From Candidatus Latescibacterota bacterium (GTDB lineage: Bacteria; Latescibacterota; UBA2968), in the NCBI GenBank assembly GCA_965198115.1, contig OZ240241.1:6560001-6624000 (forward strand): a DNA stretch of 64,000 nt, read 5' to 3'. The notes under the pieces were generated by a model, which searched no databases, was not told the DNA's origin, and worked only from the letters and a program-made list of their open reading frames with translations. Position numbers and translations under genes: made by a program. Shown here one piece after another: positions 48,645 through 59,437 of this stretch (position 1 is its first letter; the number at the start of each line of letters is the position of its first letter).

Positions 48645-49583
48645 ATGATTGAGACAGGTGAAGATGGCGGCCTGACAGCAGGAATCGCAGGTGTCGCTAA
48701 CGGGCCGGTTTCCTGGGGTGTGCTCGAGTATCTGGAGCCAGGCCAGGGTCCCAGTCCGAGTCAGTATCTGGACGAATTGGCGGAGACAGGCTACACAGGT
48801 ACCGAACTCGGGGACCTGGGATTCCTTCCGACGGACGGTGAGGTGCTCCGCAGCGAGCTGATGGACCGCGATCTGACGATGGTCGGGTCGTTCGTGGGAC
48901 TCCATTTGGCGAATCCCGACTATGCGCTCGAGGATGAGCGTCGCGCGGTCGAAGTCGCTCGGCTGCTGTCGGCGGCCGGAGGCGAAGATCCGATCCTCAT
49001 CTTAGCGGACGACCCGTGCGTGGATCCCGCACGGACGGACTTCGCTGGCCAGGTCCTGCCAGAAATGGCGATGGCGGAGGCCCAGTGGGAGTATGCGGCG
49101 CAAATGTTGGATTCGATCTCATTGATGGTGTTCGAGGAACTGGGCATGCGGTCTGCGTTCCACGCCCACTGTGCAACCTTTGTCGAAACGCCGGAGGAGT
49201 TGGACATCATGATGGCCTACACCCACCCACACGTCCTGGGTCTCTGTCTGGATACCGCACACTACGCCTTTGGTGGTGGTGACCCGCTCAGACTCGTGGA
49301 GCGGTATCGAGAACGGGTGTGGCACGTGCACTTCAAGGGATACGACCCGGCAGTCGCGGGCGAAGCGAGGGAAAAAGGCTGGGACTATCACGAGTCCATC
49401 GAGCGGGAAGTTTTCTGCGAGCTGGACCGGAGTGCGATCGATTACGCGACCATCCTCGATGGTCTGGATCAGGTCGGATACAACGGATGGGTGACGGTAG
49501 AGCAGGATATCCACCCGGGCATGGGGAACGCCGTGGAGAGCGCGAGGCGGAATCGGGAGTTTCTCAAGGGACTGGGGATATAG
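48645..49583 (+). CDS. IolE-like TIM-barrel protein (myo-inosose-2 dehydratase family)
   Basis: PVSWG, GTELG, LDTAH, HVHFKG, VEQD; linked to iolD. Confidence 0.8.
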   Translation: MIETGEDGGLTAGIAGVANGPVSWGVLEYLEPGQGPSPSQYLDELAETGYTGTELGDLGFLPTDGEVLRSELMDRDLTMVGSFVGLHLANPDYALEDERRAVEVARLLSAAGGEDPILILADDPCVDPARTDFAGQVLPEMAMAEAQWEYAAQMLDSISLMVFEELGMRSAFHAHCATFVETPEELDIMMAYTHPHVLGLCLDTAHYAFGGGDPLRLVERYRERVWHVHFKGYDPAVAGEAREKGWDYHESIEREVFCELDRSAIDYATILDGLDQVGYNGWVTVEQDIHPGMGNAVESARRNREFLKGLGI

Positions 49584-49588
49584 ATGGA

Positions 49589-49615
49589 ACCACAGAATGC
49601 ACAGAGCACACTGAG
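49589..49615 (+). repeat. Nonamer triplet
   Basis: accacagaa tgcacagag cacactgag. Confidence 0.75.
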
Positions 49616-49624
49616 GGAAGACAG

Positions 49625-49942
49625 ATGGCTGCATACGTGATTGCCGATGTCGAGGTGACGGATCCGGAGAAATACGAAGCTTACAAGGATGGGGTTCCGG
49701 CTCTTGTGGAGAAACACGGTGGAGAATACGTCGTTCGGGGTGGGGAGCACGTGGTGCTGGAAGGGGACTGGGAACCTCGACGTCTTGTGCTCATGAAATT
49801 TCCCGATCGCGCGAGCGCTGAGGCGTTCTGGGATGATCAGGACTATCAGCCGTTGAAAGCCGCCCGGCACGCTTCGGCCGACTCAAGACTGGTCCTGGTC
49901 GAAGGGATTCTGACACGGTGCCACAGTTTCTCTACATCCTGA
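49625..49942 (+). CDS. DUF1330 domain protein
   Basis: MAAYVI, GGEYVVRGG, LEGDW, LVEG; the true stop may be at ~49912. Confidence 0.88.
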   Translation: MAAYVIADVEVTDPEKYEAYKDGVPALVEKHGGEYVVRGGEHVVLEGDWEPRRLVLMKFPDRASAEAFWDDQDYQPLKAARHASADSRLVLVEGILTRCHSFSTS

Positions 49943-50238
49943 CGCCGACGCGGGCAGAGATGCTGACCGAGGGTCCGACCGAAGACGAGCAGCGGATCAC
50001 GGGAGAACACTTTCGATATCTCCAGAATCTGTGTCGGAATGGGGTTGTGCATCTGGCGGGGCGGACACTGGAGACGGGTGCGGATACGATCGGGCTCGTG
50101 ATCTTCCAGGCGGAATCGGAGGAGACAGCACGGGAGCTGATGGAGAACGATCCGGCGGTACGGAACGATGTAATGAGGGCCGAGGTCTTTCCCTACAGCA
50201 TTGCGCTCGCGAACGTGCAGGCGACAGGGATCGAGTAG
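49918..50238 (+). CDS. YCII-related protein
   Basis: EHFRYL, LAGRT, DPAV. Confidence 0.85.
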   Translation: MPQFLYILTPTRAEMLTEGPTEDEQRITGEHFRYLQNLCRNGVVHLAGRTLETGADTIGLVIFQAESEETARELMENDPAVRNDVMRAEVFPYSIALANVQATGIE

Positions 50239-50246
50239 AAAAGAGC

Positions 50247-50273
50247 GCCACTGAGATTACTGAGGACACTGAG
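50247..50273 (+). repeat. Nonamer triplet
   Basis: gccactgag attactgag gacactgag. Confidence 0.75.
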
Positions 50274-50337
50274 CGAAAGAGAGTCGGGGAACGACAAGAA
50301 CTCTGAGAAAAACCGACACGGAGATAGAGGTGAGATC

Positions 50338-52203
50338 ATGAAGACGCGGCGGTTGACGATGTCGCAGGCGATCGTGCAGTTCTTAAAGGTCCAGTACGTG
50401 TCGAGGGATGGGGAAGAACAGCCCTTTTTCGGGGGGATGTTCGGGATTTTCGGACACGGGAACGTGGCCGGGATCGGGCAGGCGCTGCATCAGTACGCGG
50501 ACGAGTTCCGGTTTTACCAGACGCGGAACGAGCAGGCGATGGTCCACACGGCGATCGCGTATGCGAAGATGAAGGATCGCCTGGGCACGTTTGCGTGCAC
50601 GTCGTCGATCGGGCCTGGCGCGACGAACATGGTGACCGGGGCTGCGACGGCAACGATCAACCGGCTTCCAGTTCTGCTGCTTCCGGGAGACATCTTCGCG
50701 CGACGGAACGTGGCGCCGGTCCTGCAGCAGCTGGAGTCGCCATCGTCGCAGGATGTTTCGGTCAACGATTGCTTCAAACCGGTGTCCCGCTACTGGGATC
50801 GGTTGAATCGTCCGGACCAGGCCATCACCGCGCTACCTGAGGCGATGCGGGTGCTGACGTCGCCTTCTGAGACGGGAGCCGTGACACTCTGCTGCCCGCA
50901 GGATGTTCAAGCAGAGGCGTTCGATTACCCCGAATCGCTCTTCGAGAAGCGTGTTTGGACCGTGTCCCGTCCCCGTGCGGATCGTGATCTGATCGCGCAG
51001 GTGGTGACGTCGATCGAGGCGAGCAAACGGCCGATCATCGTCGCCGGTGGGGGTGTGATCTACAGCGGCGCCACCGAAGCGCTCGCGAAGCTGGTGGCCA
51101 AGACAGGCATCCCCGTGGGTGAGACGCAGGCCGGCAAAGGGTCGATGCGTTACGACCAGTCTGGTGCACTTGGGGCGATCGGTGTGACCGGTACGCCTGG
51201 CGCGAATATCCTGGCTCGCGAAGCGGATCTTGTCATCAACATCGGGACCCGATTGAGCGACTTCACGACCGCTTCGAAGACGGCTTTCCAAAACCCGGAT
51301 GTCTCCTTCGTGTCGATCAACGTTGGGGAATTCGATGCAGCCAAACACGGTTCGCTCCCGCTGGTCGGTGACGCGAAGGTGACGATCGAAGAGCTGACGT
51401 CGGGACTCGAAGGATTTCGCGTGGATGACGCGTATTCAGCACGAATCTCCGAGTTCCAGGGCGAGTGGGATGCGGAGGTCGAACGCATCTACACGCTCGG
51501 GCATCGACCGATTCTGAGCCAGGGCGAAGTCATCGGCGCTGTGAACGAGGCGTCGAATGACCGTGATGTGATGATCTGCGCGGCCGGCAGTCTACCGGGC
51601 GATCTGCACAAATTGTGGCGGACACGTGATCCGAAGCAATATCACCTCGAATACGGCTATTCGTGCATGGGCTACGAGATCGCCGGCGGTCTTGGAATCA
51701 AGATGGCGGATCCCTCTCGCGAAGTGTATGTGATGGTGGGCGACGGGTCGTATCTGATGATGGCGCAGGAGATCATGACCTCGATACAAGAGGACGTGAA
51801 ATTGACGATCGTGCTCGTCGATAACCACGGACACGCCAGTATCGGCGGGTTGTCGGAGTCCACGGGCTCTGATGGTTTCGGAACGAAGTTCAAGATGCGG
51901 GATGTTGCGAGCGGTCACCTGGATGGTGACAACGTCCCCACTGATCTGGCGGCGAACGCCGAAAGTCTCGGGGCCATCGTCCTGCGTCCAGAGGGCAGGG
52001 AAGGGCTGATGAACGCACTGGCCGAAGCAAAGGGCAACGACCGAACCACAGTTATCGCGATCGAGACCGACCGCGAAGAAAGAGTGGCGGGCTATGAGAG
52101 CTGGTGGGATTGCCCCATCGCGGAGGTATCGACGGTCGACGAAGTGCAACGGCTGCGGAAAGAGTACGAACAACACGTTGCACGCGAACGGTACCACCTG
52201 TAA
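50338..52203 (+). CDS. iolD: 3D-(3,5/4)-trihydroxycyclohexane-1,2-dione acylhydrolase
   Basis: IFGHGNVAG, YHLEYGYSCMGYE, GDGSYLM. Confidence 0.96.
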   Translation: MKTRRLTMSQAIVQFLKVQYVSRDGEEQPFFGGMFGIFGHGNVAGIGQALHQYADEFRFYQTRNEQAMVHTAIAYAKMKDRLGTFACTSSIGPGATNMVTGAATATINRLPVLLLPGDIFARRNVAPVLQQLESPSSQDVSVNDCFKPVSRYWDRLNRPDQAITALPEAMRVLTSPSETGAVTLCCPQDVQAEAFDYPESLFEKRVWTVSRPRADRDLIAQVVTSIEASKRPIIVAGGGVIYSGATEALAKLVAKTGIPVGETQAGKGSMRYDQSGALGAIGVTGTPGANILAREADLVINIGTRLSDFTTASKTAFQNPDVSFVSINVGEFDAAKHGSLPLVGDAKVTIEELTSGLEGFRVDDAYSARISEFQGEWDAEVERIYTLGHRPILSQGEVIGAVNEASNDRDVMICAAGSLPGDLHKLWRTRDPKQYHLEYGYSCMGYEIAGGLGIKMADPSREVYVMVGDGSYLMMAQEIMTSIQEDVKLTIVLVDNHGHASIGGLSESTGSDGFGTKFKMRDVASGHLDGDNVPTDLAANAESLGAIVLRPEGREGLMNALAEAKGNDRTTVIAIETDREERVAGYESWWDCPIAEVSTVDEVQRLRKEYEQHVARERYHL

Positions 52204-52215
52204 CTGAAAGACGGG

Positions 52216-52746
52216 GACCACAGAATACACGGAACACACGGACGGAACCCCCGCGACCGGTGAGTGCCGGCTCGGGGCTTCAGTTTTTCAAGTCGATCCC
52301 TTCCTACGTGGTGAAGCGGATGGGAATGAGTGAATGTCCAAGCTTCTCTTTGCGGAGGAGACTTATGCGATCAGGGGGCCAATCTTCGAGGTCTATCGGG
52401 AGATGGGGTGTGGGTTCCTCGAAGCCGTCTATCAGGAGTGCTTGGAAAAAGAGTTTGCGGTTCAGGAAATCCCCTTCGAGGCGCAACCTGAATTGAACTT
52501 GATTTATAAGGGCGAGATGCTCGAGGGTAAGTATCGACCTGATTTCGTCTGCTTCGGCTCGATCATCGTCGAGCTGAAAGCACTCAGGGAGACTACCAAA
52601 GAACACGAAGCTCAGGTGCACAATTACTTGAGGGCGTCGGGTCTGAAGGTTGGTTTGTTAGTGAACTTCGGACATCATCCCAAAGCTACCGTAGAACGCA
52701 TCGTGGTTTAGGGCCCCTTTCCGTGTATTCTGTGTGTTCCGTGGTC
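52216..52746 (+). mobile_element. Putative GxxExxY cassette bounded by inverted nonamer arrays
   Basis: 52216-52242 and the reverse complement of 52720-52746 match at 23/27. Confidence 0.6.
52334..52711 (+). CDS. GxxExxY protein (PD-(D/E)xK nuclease-like)
   Basis: GFLEAVY, RPDF, VELK, Q..NYL, GLLVNFG. Confidence 0.95.
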   Translation: MSKLLFAEETYAIRGPIFEVYREMGCGFLEAVYQECLEKEFAVQEIPFEAQPELNLIYKGEMLEGKYRPDFVCFGSIIVELKALRETTKEHEAQVHNYLRASGLKVGLLVNFGHHPKATVERIVV

Positions 52747-52780
52747 TAGTGTCTTTGGTTTTCGGTTCAGGAGAGATGAA

Positions 52781-53683
52781 ATGGCGATGCCGTTGGTGGA
52801 TGTGCACCAGCATTTGTGGGATTTGAATGATTTCGATCTTCCGTGGTTGGAGACGGCTCCAGGGCTGAAGGACGACTACACGATGCCGCGGTATCTGGCT
52901 GAGGCGAGTGGGGTCGAGGTGGCGAAGACGGTGTATATGGAAGTGGATGTCGCACCTCATCACATCGGAAAAGAAGCGGACCACGTGCTGGCGTTGTGCG
53001 ATGCGGACGATAACCCAATGGTGGGGGCGACGTTGCGGGCTCGGCCAGGGGAGGGGGATTTCGCGGCTCACGTGGCGCGGTTTGTGGATGACGATCGCGT
53101 GAAGGGGTATCGGCAAGTCCTGCAGATTCCGGAGCTAAAGCAGGGTCACTGTCTGTCGGAAGGATTCATCGCGGATGTCCGCACCCTCGGGGATCAGGGG
53201 AAGCACTTCGACATTTGTATGCGGCCGGCAGAGTTGGGCGACGCCGTGAAACTCGTGGATGCCTGTCCGGATACGCGTTTTGTGGTGGATCACTGTGGCA
53301 ATGCACACGTGGAAATCGTCAACGGAAGTTTAACGGCGGATGCGCTGGCGGCAGACGACGGTCAGCGACACGATGCGAACCGATGGCGACGTGACATTGA
53401 AGCTTTGAGTCAACGGGACAACACGATCTGCAAGATTTCGGGGATCATCGTACGATTGCCAGAGGGGAAAGACGCGGCCGACACGCTGGCGCCCACGGTC
53501 AATCACTGTCTGGATGCGTTCGGACCCGACCGTGTGGTGTTCGGCAGTGACTGGCCCGTCTGCACGCTTGGAGCGACGTATCAGACCTGGGTGGATGCGC
53601 TTTCGGCGATCATCGCGGAGCGCAGCGAGGAGGCTCAGCAGAAGCTATGGTCGAAGAATGCCGAGCGGTTCTATGATGTGTGA
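52781..53683 (+). CDS. Amidohydrolase-2 family protein
   Basis: DVHQHLW, VDHCG, CKISG, FGSDWP. Confidence 0.92.
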   Translation: MAMPLVDVHQHLWDLNDFDLPWLETAPGLKDDYTMPRYLAEASGVEVAKTVYMEVDVAPHHIGKEADHVLALCDADDNPMVGATLRARPGEGDFAAHVARFVDDDRVKGYRQVLQIPELKQGHCLSEGFIADVRTLGDQGKHFDICMRPAELGDAVKLVDACPDTRFVVDHCGNAHVEIVNGSLTADALAADDGQRHDANRWRRDIEALSQRDNTICKISGIIVRLPEGKDAADTLAPTVNHCLDAFGPDRVVFGSDWPVCTLGATYQTWVDALSAIIAERSEEAQQKLWSKNAERFYDV

Positions 53684-53689
53684 AACCGT

Positions 53690-53715
53690 ACCACGAAAAA
53701 CACGAAATAAACACC
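53690..53715 (+). repeat. Nonamer array
   Basis: accacgaaa aacacgaaa taaacacc. Confidence 0.6.
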
Positions 53716-53812
53716 CGCCGGTGGGTGGCACACAGGACCCCTTCGAACATCCGGGCTGTGTGGTATTCTGGGGATGACAATGCTTTGAACAATCGAATGG
53801 ACGACGCTTTGC

Positions 53813-55700
53813 GTGCTTGTCTTTGGGCTCACAGGAACGTTGGTGTACGGATTCGAGGAGATGCGTTATTGCGGACGTGTTTCCTCGGCCGACGAGGAAG
53901 GGAGCGGCTACAAGACCCGGCAGTACGCGCCCGACCGGAAGGTCGATGTACTCCACATCAAGATCGACGTGACACCCGATTTCAGAAGGCGTACGATCGG
54001 CGGCTCGACCGAGCTGACTTTCAAGCCGATCGCGAAGCCCCTGTCGGATCTGTTGCTTCACGCGGCGGACCTGACAGTGAAATCGGTGCGGTCCGACCAC
54101 GCAATTCAGGGCCACGATGTGAACGAAGAAGGCATCGTGGTCACGTTCCAGGAACCGATTCCCCCAGGAGAGACCGCCGTTGTGACGGTTCTCCATCACG
54201 CCGAGCCCAAAGAAGGCATCTACTTTCGCACGCGTGAAATGGGTTATCCCGTCGGCGACGAGCACCTCTGGTCGCAGGGCGAGACGCACGAATCACGACA
54301 TTGGTATCCGAGCTTTGACTACCCGAACGAGCGCTCAACCTCCGAAGTGATTTGTCACGTGCCCGAGGCCATGACAGTGCTCTCGAATGGCGTTCAACTG
54401 TCGGACGTGGTGGAGTCGGGCGTGCGAACCGTCCACTGGCGCCAAGACATTCCACACGTGAACTACCTGATCGCGCTCGTGGCGGGCCACTTCGAGAAGC
54501 TCGAGGCTGCGCACGGAGATCTTCCGCTCGGATTTTACGTGCAGCCCTCCTACAAAGCCGAAGCACCCAGGTCATTCGACGGAATAGAGGACATAATAGC
54601 CTTCTTGGAGGAGGCCACGGGTGTTTCTTTTCCGTGGGCCCAGTACAACCAGGTAACCTGCTTCGATCACTTCGGTGGGATGGAGAACACGACGCTAACG
54701 ACGCTCTATGTCGAAACGCTGCATCGCTCTGAAACGGAGACGCTGAGAGACAGTCGTTGGATCGTGGCCCACGAGCTGGCGCATCAGTGGTTTGGCTGTT
54801 TTCGTTTCCCGCGAAGCTGCGCTTCAAGGGAGACGGATGGGTATCGACCACGAAATCGAAATTTCGGATCGATCGCACGATTTCTATGTGCCGTTGAAGA
54901 AGAAGCCGGAGATCGTAAGGTTCGACCCTGATTACACGCTGCTTGCGGAGGTTTCGTTCAACAAGCCCAGGTTGCTTCTGGATGCCCAGCTCATCGATTG
55001 GGATGACGTCGTTGGTCGAATGCGTGCCGCCGACGCACTTGGTTCGAAAGACGACAAGAAATCCGTTGAGCTTCTTGGTTCGGTGCTGCGGGAAGATCCC
55101 TTCTACGGGGTCAGGATCCGTGCCGCGAAGGCACTGGCCAAAATAAGGACGCCTGAGGCCCTGGCCGCTCTGATCGCTTCGGTCGACCAGCCGGACGCCC
55201 GTGCCAGAGAGGCCGTCATGATTGGCATCGGTGCGTTCTACCGGCGTGAGGCCGAGCGGGCGTCGCACGATGCGCTCCTCGGTGAAAAGAACCCGCTACT
55301 CATCGCGCGTGCGGTCCAGAATCTGGGAAAGTATCCTAGCTCCCGAACACGGAAGGCGGTGCTCGACCATCTCAATCGGCTCTCTTATCGTGGGTACATT
55401 GCCCGAGGTGCCATCCAGGCGATCCATACGCTGCAAGACCCAGCCTACATCAAACCGCTGCAGAAGACCCTACCGGGTCTCGAGAAGTCGATACACCCCT
55501 TCTACTTCACCCGTGCACTGAACACCCTCGGCCACATTGCGAAGAACGAAGAGGATCGAAGCAAGGTGAGGAGATTCGTGACCGGGTACGTGAATCATCC
55601 ACGTGAACGGATACAGATCGGTGCGCTTCGGGCGTTGGGTACCTTGGGCGATCCCGCGGCCATCCCCGTCGTTCAGTCGTTGGCTGGCCAGGAATGCTGA
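53813..55700 (+). pseudogene. M1 aminopeptidase with HEAT repeats, internally deleted and 3' truncated
   Basis: GGMEN and HELAH, then a frame break at ~54797; HEAT region abuts the transposase. Confidence 0.85.
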
Positions 55701-56907
55701 AGTCGATCGTCTCCTCGATGAGCTGATCAAGAACTGTGACGGTCCCGATGACCTACTGGGCGAGAAAGGTCTGCTGAAGCAACTGACTGCCGGGCTGGTG
55801 GAGCGGATGCTCGAAAGCGAGATAACCGACCACCTGGGCTACGAGAAGCACGATTCTGACGGTAAGAACAGTGGTAACTCCCGCAACGGCAAGACTCCGA
55901 AGACACTGAAGACCGACCGTGGTGCGATCCCGATCGAAGTGCCTCGGGACCGCAATGGTGAGTTCGAGCCCCAGATCGTCAGAAAGCGCCAGAGACGGTT
56001 CGACAGGTTTGATGACACGATCATCTCGCTGTATTCCCGTGGGATGACGACTCGAGCGATTCAGGAGCACCTGAAGGAGCTCTACGGGGTCGATGTCTCT
56101 CCCTCGCTGCTCTCCAGTGTGACTGATGATGTCATCGAGGAGGTCAAGGCCTGGCAGTCCAGACCTCTGGACACCATCTATCCGATCGTCTATCTGGACG
56201 CGATCCGCGTCAAGATTCGAGACGATGGAAGCGTCACGAACAAGGCCGTCTACCTTGCGTTGGGCGTTAATCTATCAGGAAACAAAGAGCTCTTAGGCCT
56301 TTGGACGGCTCAGAACGAAGGCGCGAAGTTCTGGATGTCGGTCCTGACCGAGCTCCAGAACCGTGGCGTCAACGATATCTTCCTGGCCTGTGTAGATGGG
56401 CTCAACGGCTTCCCTGAAGCGATTGAAGCCGTCTTCCCGAGGACAGATGTTCAACTGTGCATCGTCCATATGGTGCGGAACAGCTTGAACTACGTCTCCT
56501 GGAAGAACCGCAAAGAAGTCGCCCGAGACCTCAAAGCGATCTACCAGTCCGCCACACTTCGTAAGGCCGAGAACCAACTGGAGAAGTTCTCTGTGAAGTG
56601 GGACAACACCTACTCGATGATCGGTCGGTCCTGGCGTGAACACTGGGAGCACATCACCCCGTTCTTCGCCTACCCACCAGAGATCCGGAAGGTGATCTAC
56701 ACGACGAACGCCATCGAGTCAATGAACGCATCGCTCCGGAAAGTCACGAAGAACAGAGGCGCGTTCCCGAATGATCAGGCCGCCATCAAACTCCTGTATC
56801 TGGCGATCCGAAACATCTCCAAACGATGGACCCGGCCACTGAACGATTGGAATGGGGCCATCAACCGGTTCGCCATCATGTTCGAAGATCGTGTCCCGTT
56901 AAAGTAA
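55684..56907 (+). CDS. IS256-family transposase (start codon lost or CTG)
   Basis: NSRNG, VPRDR, CVDGLNGF, CIVHMVRNS, YTTNAIES. Confidence 0.93.
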   Translation: MARNAEVDRLLDELIKNCDGPDDLLGEKGLLKQLTAGLVERMLESEITDHLGYEKHDSDGKNSGNSRNGKTPKTLKTDRGAIPIEVPRDRNGEFEPQIVRKRQRRFDRFDDTIISLYSRGMTTRAIQEHLKELYGVDVSPSLLSSVTDDVIEEVKAWQSRPLDTIYPIVYLDAIRVKIRDDGSVTNKAVYLALGVNLSGNKELLGLWTAQNEGAKFWMSVLTELQNRGVNDIFLACVDGLNGFPEAIEAVFPRTDVQLCIVHMVRNSLNYVSWKNRKEVARDLKAIYQSATLRKAENQLEKFSVKWDNTYSMIGRSWREHWEHITPFFAYPPEIRKVIYTTNAIESMNASLRKVTKNRGAFPNDQAAIKLLYLAIRNISKRWTRPLNDWNGAINRFAIMFEDRVPLK

Positions 56908-56942
56908 TCGTGTCACCAGTTACACAAATCTCTGGACACACC
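55684..56942 (+). mobile_element. IS256-family element lacking its left end
   Basis: Right end gttacacaaatctctggacacacc; no matching left IR or ATG. Confidence 0.85.
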
Positions 56943-57053
56943 CGTGGCGAGTCGGCTGATCCCGGGAATCGTGACCCCCCTTCCTTCAACTTCCTCCGGA
57001 GACGATCACGCCGTTGTGATGACGGGCCATTCCTTGCCCAACAGAGGTGGTGT

Positions 57054-58984
57054 GTGAATTCACCGACATCCTCGATCTTCTCGTCAGTATTTCAAGAGCT
57101 TCATCTTCTTGAGTCAGATGCTTCTCTGTTTTTCGTGGGTTCTGGCGACGGCGGGTTTCTCCTTTTTCCCACGACGAGGATGAAGACGTTCCGGACGGAG
57201 ACGGATACGATCCACCGGCTACAAGACCGTCTGACACGGGGCCGCGGCGATCGGCCGATTCTGTCGAGTGAACCTTCGCTCGTTCGAACGGTCCTCGCGG
57301 GCAACGACCATCCAAACGTAGCCATCCTGCCGATTTTGGTCGATGACGTCCTGGTTGGCTCTCTGAACGTGGGTGTCCCGCAACAATCATCGTCTGAAGA
57401 AATGGACGCGTTACGCGCCTGCGCAGAGAGGATCGGCAGTCTCGTTCGTACGTCGGTTCCCACGGATTCTGTTCGGCGACGTAACCTTCAGCTCAATCTG
57501 ATCAACCGTCTCGGCAGGCAGGACGTCTGGCAGATGGAACCGGAATCATTCCTCGATCTGGCTGTCGTTTCGATTCGCGAGGGACTCGATTACTACAACG
57601 TATCGATCTTCATGCTCGAAGAGGACAGGTCCCATTTGAGACTCGTTTCGCACGCCGGTGCGTATCGGGGCCGGGTGTCGAGAGGATTCAGGCAGAGCAT
57701 CGCGCTAGGGATCATTGGGTGGGTCGTTCGGAACGAACAGATGATGCTGGCGAACGATGTCACTCAGGAGCCCAACTATCTGGCCGTGGAGGGGTTGACG
57801 ACCGCATCCGAAATCTGTCTGCCGATCACGATCGAGGGTCGGGTCGAAGGGGTGTTGAACGTGGAAAGCGATCAAGTCGATGCGTTCGATGATGGCGACG
57901 TTGTTGCCCTGGAGGCCTTATCGCAACAGGTGGCAGAGGTCATTCAGATGCGGCGTAAGAGCGAAGCGTTCGACAGCCTGCGGGAAGAAGTAGCGGATCG
58001 CCACCGATTCGGGGATCTGCTCGGCCGGGGCGCCGGCATGCGTCGGATCTTCGAGCTGATTCAAACGGTGTCGACGAGCGAGCTGCCGGTTCTCGTTCGT
58101 GGAGAGACTGGAACGGGAAAAGAACTGGTCGCTCGCGCCATTCATCGCGAAAGCGAACGTCACGACCGTTCGTTCGTAGCCGTGAACTGCGCGGCTCTTC
58201 CGGAGAGCTGTTCGAGGACGAGCTGTTCGGACACGAGCGGGGTGCCTTCACTGGCGCTGAGAGGCAGAGACTGGGAAAAGTAGAGCTGGCCCAGCGTGGT
58301 ACGCTCTTTCTGGATGAAGTGGGAGAGATTCCGTATGCCATGCAGGCCAAACTCCTTCGAGCGATCGCCGAAAAGCGGATCACGCGTGTGGGGGGCGAAA
58401 AGGAAATCGAAGTGGATGTGCGGATCATATCAGCGACGAACCGAACGCAGGAGGAGCTGGAACGAGAAGATGCGTTCCGCCAGGATCTGTATTTCAGGTT
58501 GAATGCGGTGCAGATCGACATTCCGCCGCTCCGAGATCGATCGGACGATGTTCCCCTTTTAGCTGCCTATTTCCTGAAGGAAAATATTGAGCGATACGAA
58601 AAGCCGATCGAGCATATCGATCCGGATGTGATGTCCCGTCTTATGGACTATCCGTGGCCCGGCAACGTGAGGGAGCTGGAAAACGTGATTGGGCGAGCGG
58701 TGCTGATGGAGAACGGGAAGACGCTCTCACAGGTCGATCTTCGAGAGGCCCGACGGAAAGAGCAGGACGCCTACAGCCCTCGAGATGTGGGGGACGGGAC
58801 GTTGGAGGAGGTGTGTGGGCGCGTGATTGCCGAGGTCGAACGAGAGTATCTTGGCAATCTGCTGGTCCGTACGAGGGGTAACGTTTCGGAGGCGGCCAGA
58901 CAGGCGGGAATCACCCGACGTACCCTCTACAACAAGCTGCAGCTGTATGGAATGAAGAGGGAGGACTACATCCCGTCACAATGA
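57054..58984 (+). CDS. GAF-domain sigma54-dependent activator (NtrC/Fis family), frameshifted at ~58205
   Basis: GAF; GETGTGKE; ELFGHERGAFTGA in the second frame; WPGNVRELEN; Fis HTH. Confidence 0.9.
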
Positions 58985-58999
58985 CCGCGCAGCAGGATC

Positions 59000-59437
59000 C
59001 TATACACCACGATCGAATTTGGTGGTCATCTGGTCGTAGAGCTCTTCCTGGTCGAAGTAGAGCCGCGATGCCAGGATGCGTCGACCGTCCAGTCTGAGGA
59101 CCTCGCAGAAGGCGATTCGTATCACCCTCCCGGTCGGCGGAACCGAGCGAACAGGTCCCCGCCAACAACCTGCGTGGGTTCCAGTGCCGACGTATTCGGT
59201 GGCGACCCATTCGTTTGTGGCAATCAGATTGACGATGTCCAGGCAAAGGTCGGGACAGGCGTCGATCCAAGTTCCCACCATCTTTCTGTAGCCGCCGAAC
59301 CCCTGAAATTGTCGGTGCCCGGGCATGCATATCCACTGCGCAGAAGGGGATACGAGGAGCACCCCCGACTCGAAGTCTCTCAGGTTGAAGCGATCGTAGA
59401 GCGCCCGGGCAATTCGGGCGTTTTCACGAGCCCTCAT
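59000..59437 (-). CDS. SnoaL-like/NTF2 ester cyclase family protein
   Basis: GTGTH, PPTGR, RLYFD. Confidence 0.85.
   Translation of the reverse strand: MRARENARIARALYDRFNLRDFESGVLLVSPSAQWICMPGHRQFQGFGGYRKMVGTWIDACPDLCLDIVNLIATNEWVATEYVGTGTHAGCWRGPVRSVPPTGRVIRIAFCEVLRLDGRRILASRLYFDQEELYDQMTTKFDRGV

Noticed and set aside
53712-53762. Palindromes upstream of the M1 peptidase as a riboswitch
   Set aside because: Short hairpins without a recognisable aptamer
54141-55268. Long antisense ORFs (also 21234-22709, 19589-20737, 6154-7146)
   Set aside because: Shadow frames of real genes in high-GC DNA; no motifs
57023-57037. Sigma54 promoter before the activator gene
   Set aside because: Spacing fits but the -24 element is poor and too close to the start codon
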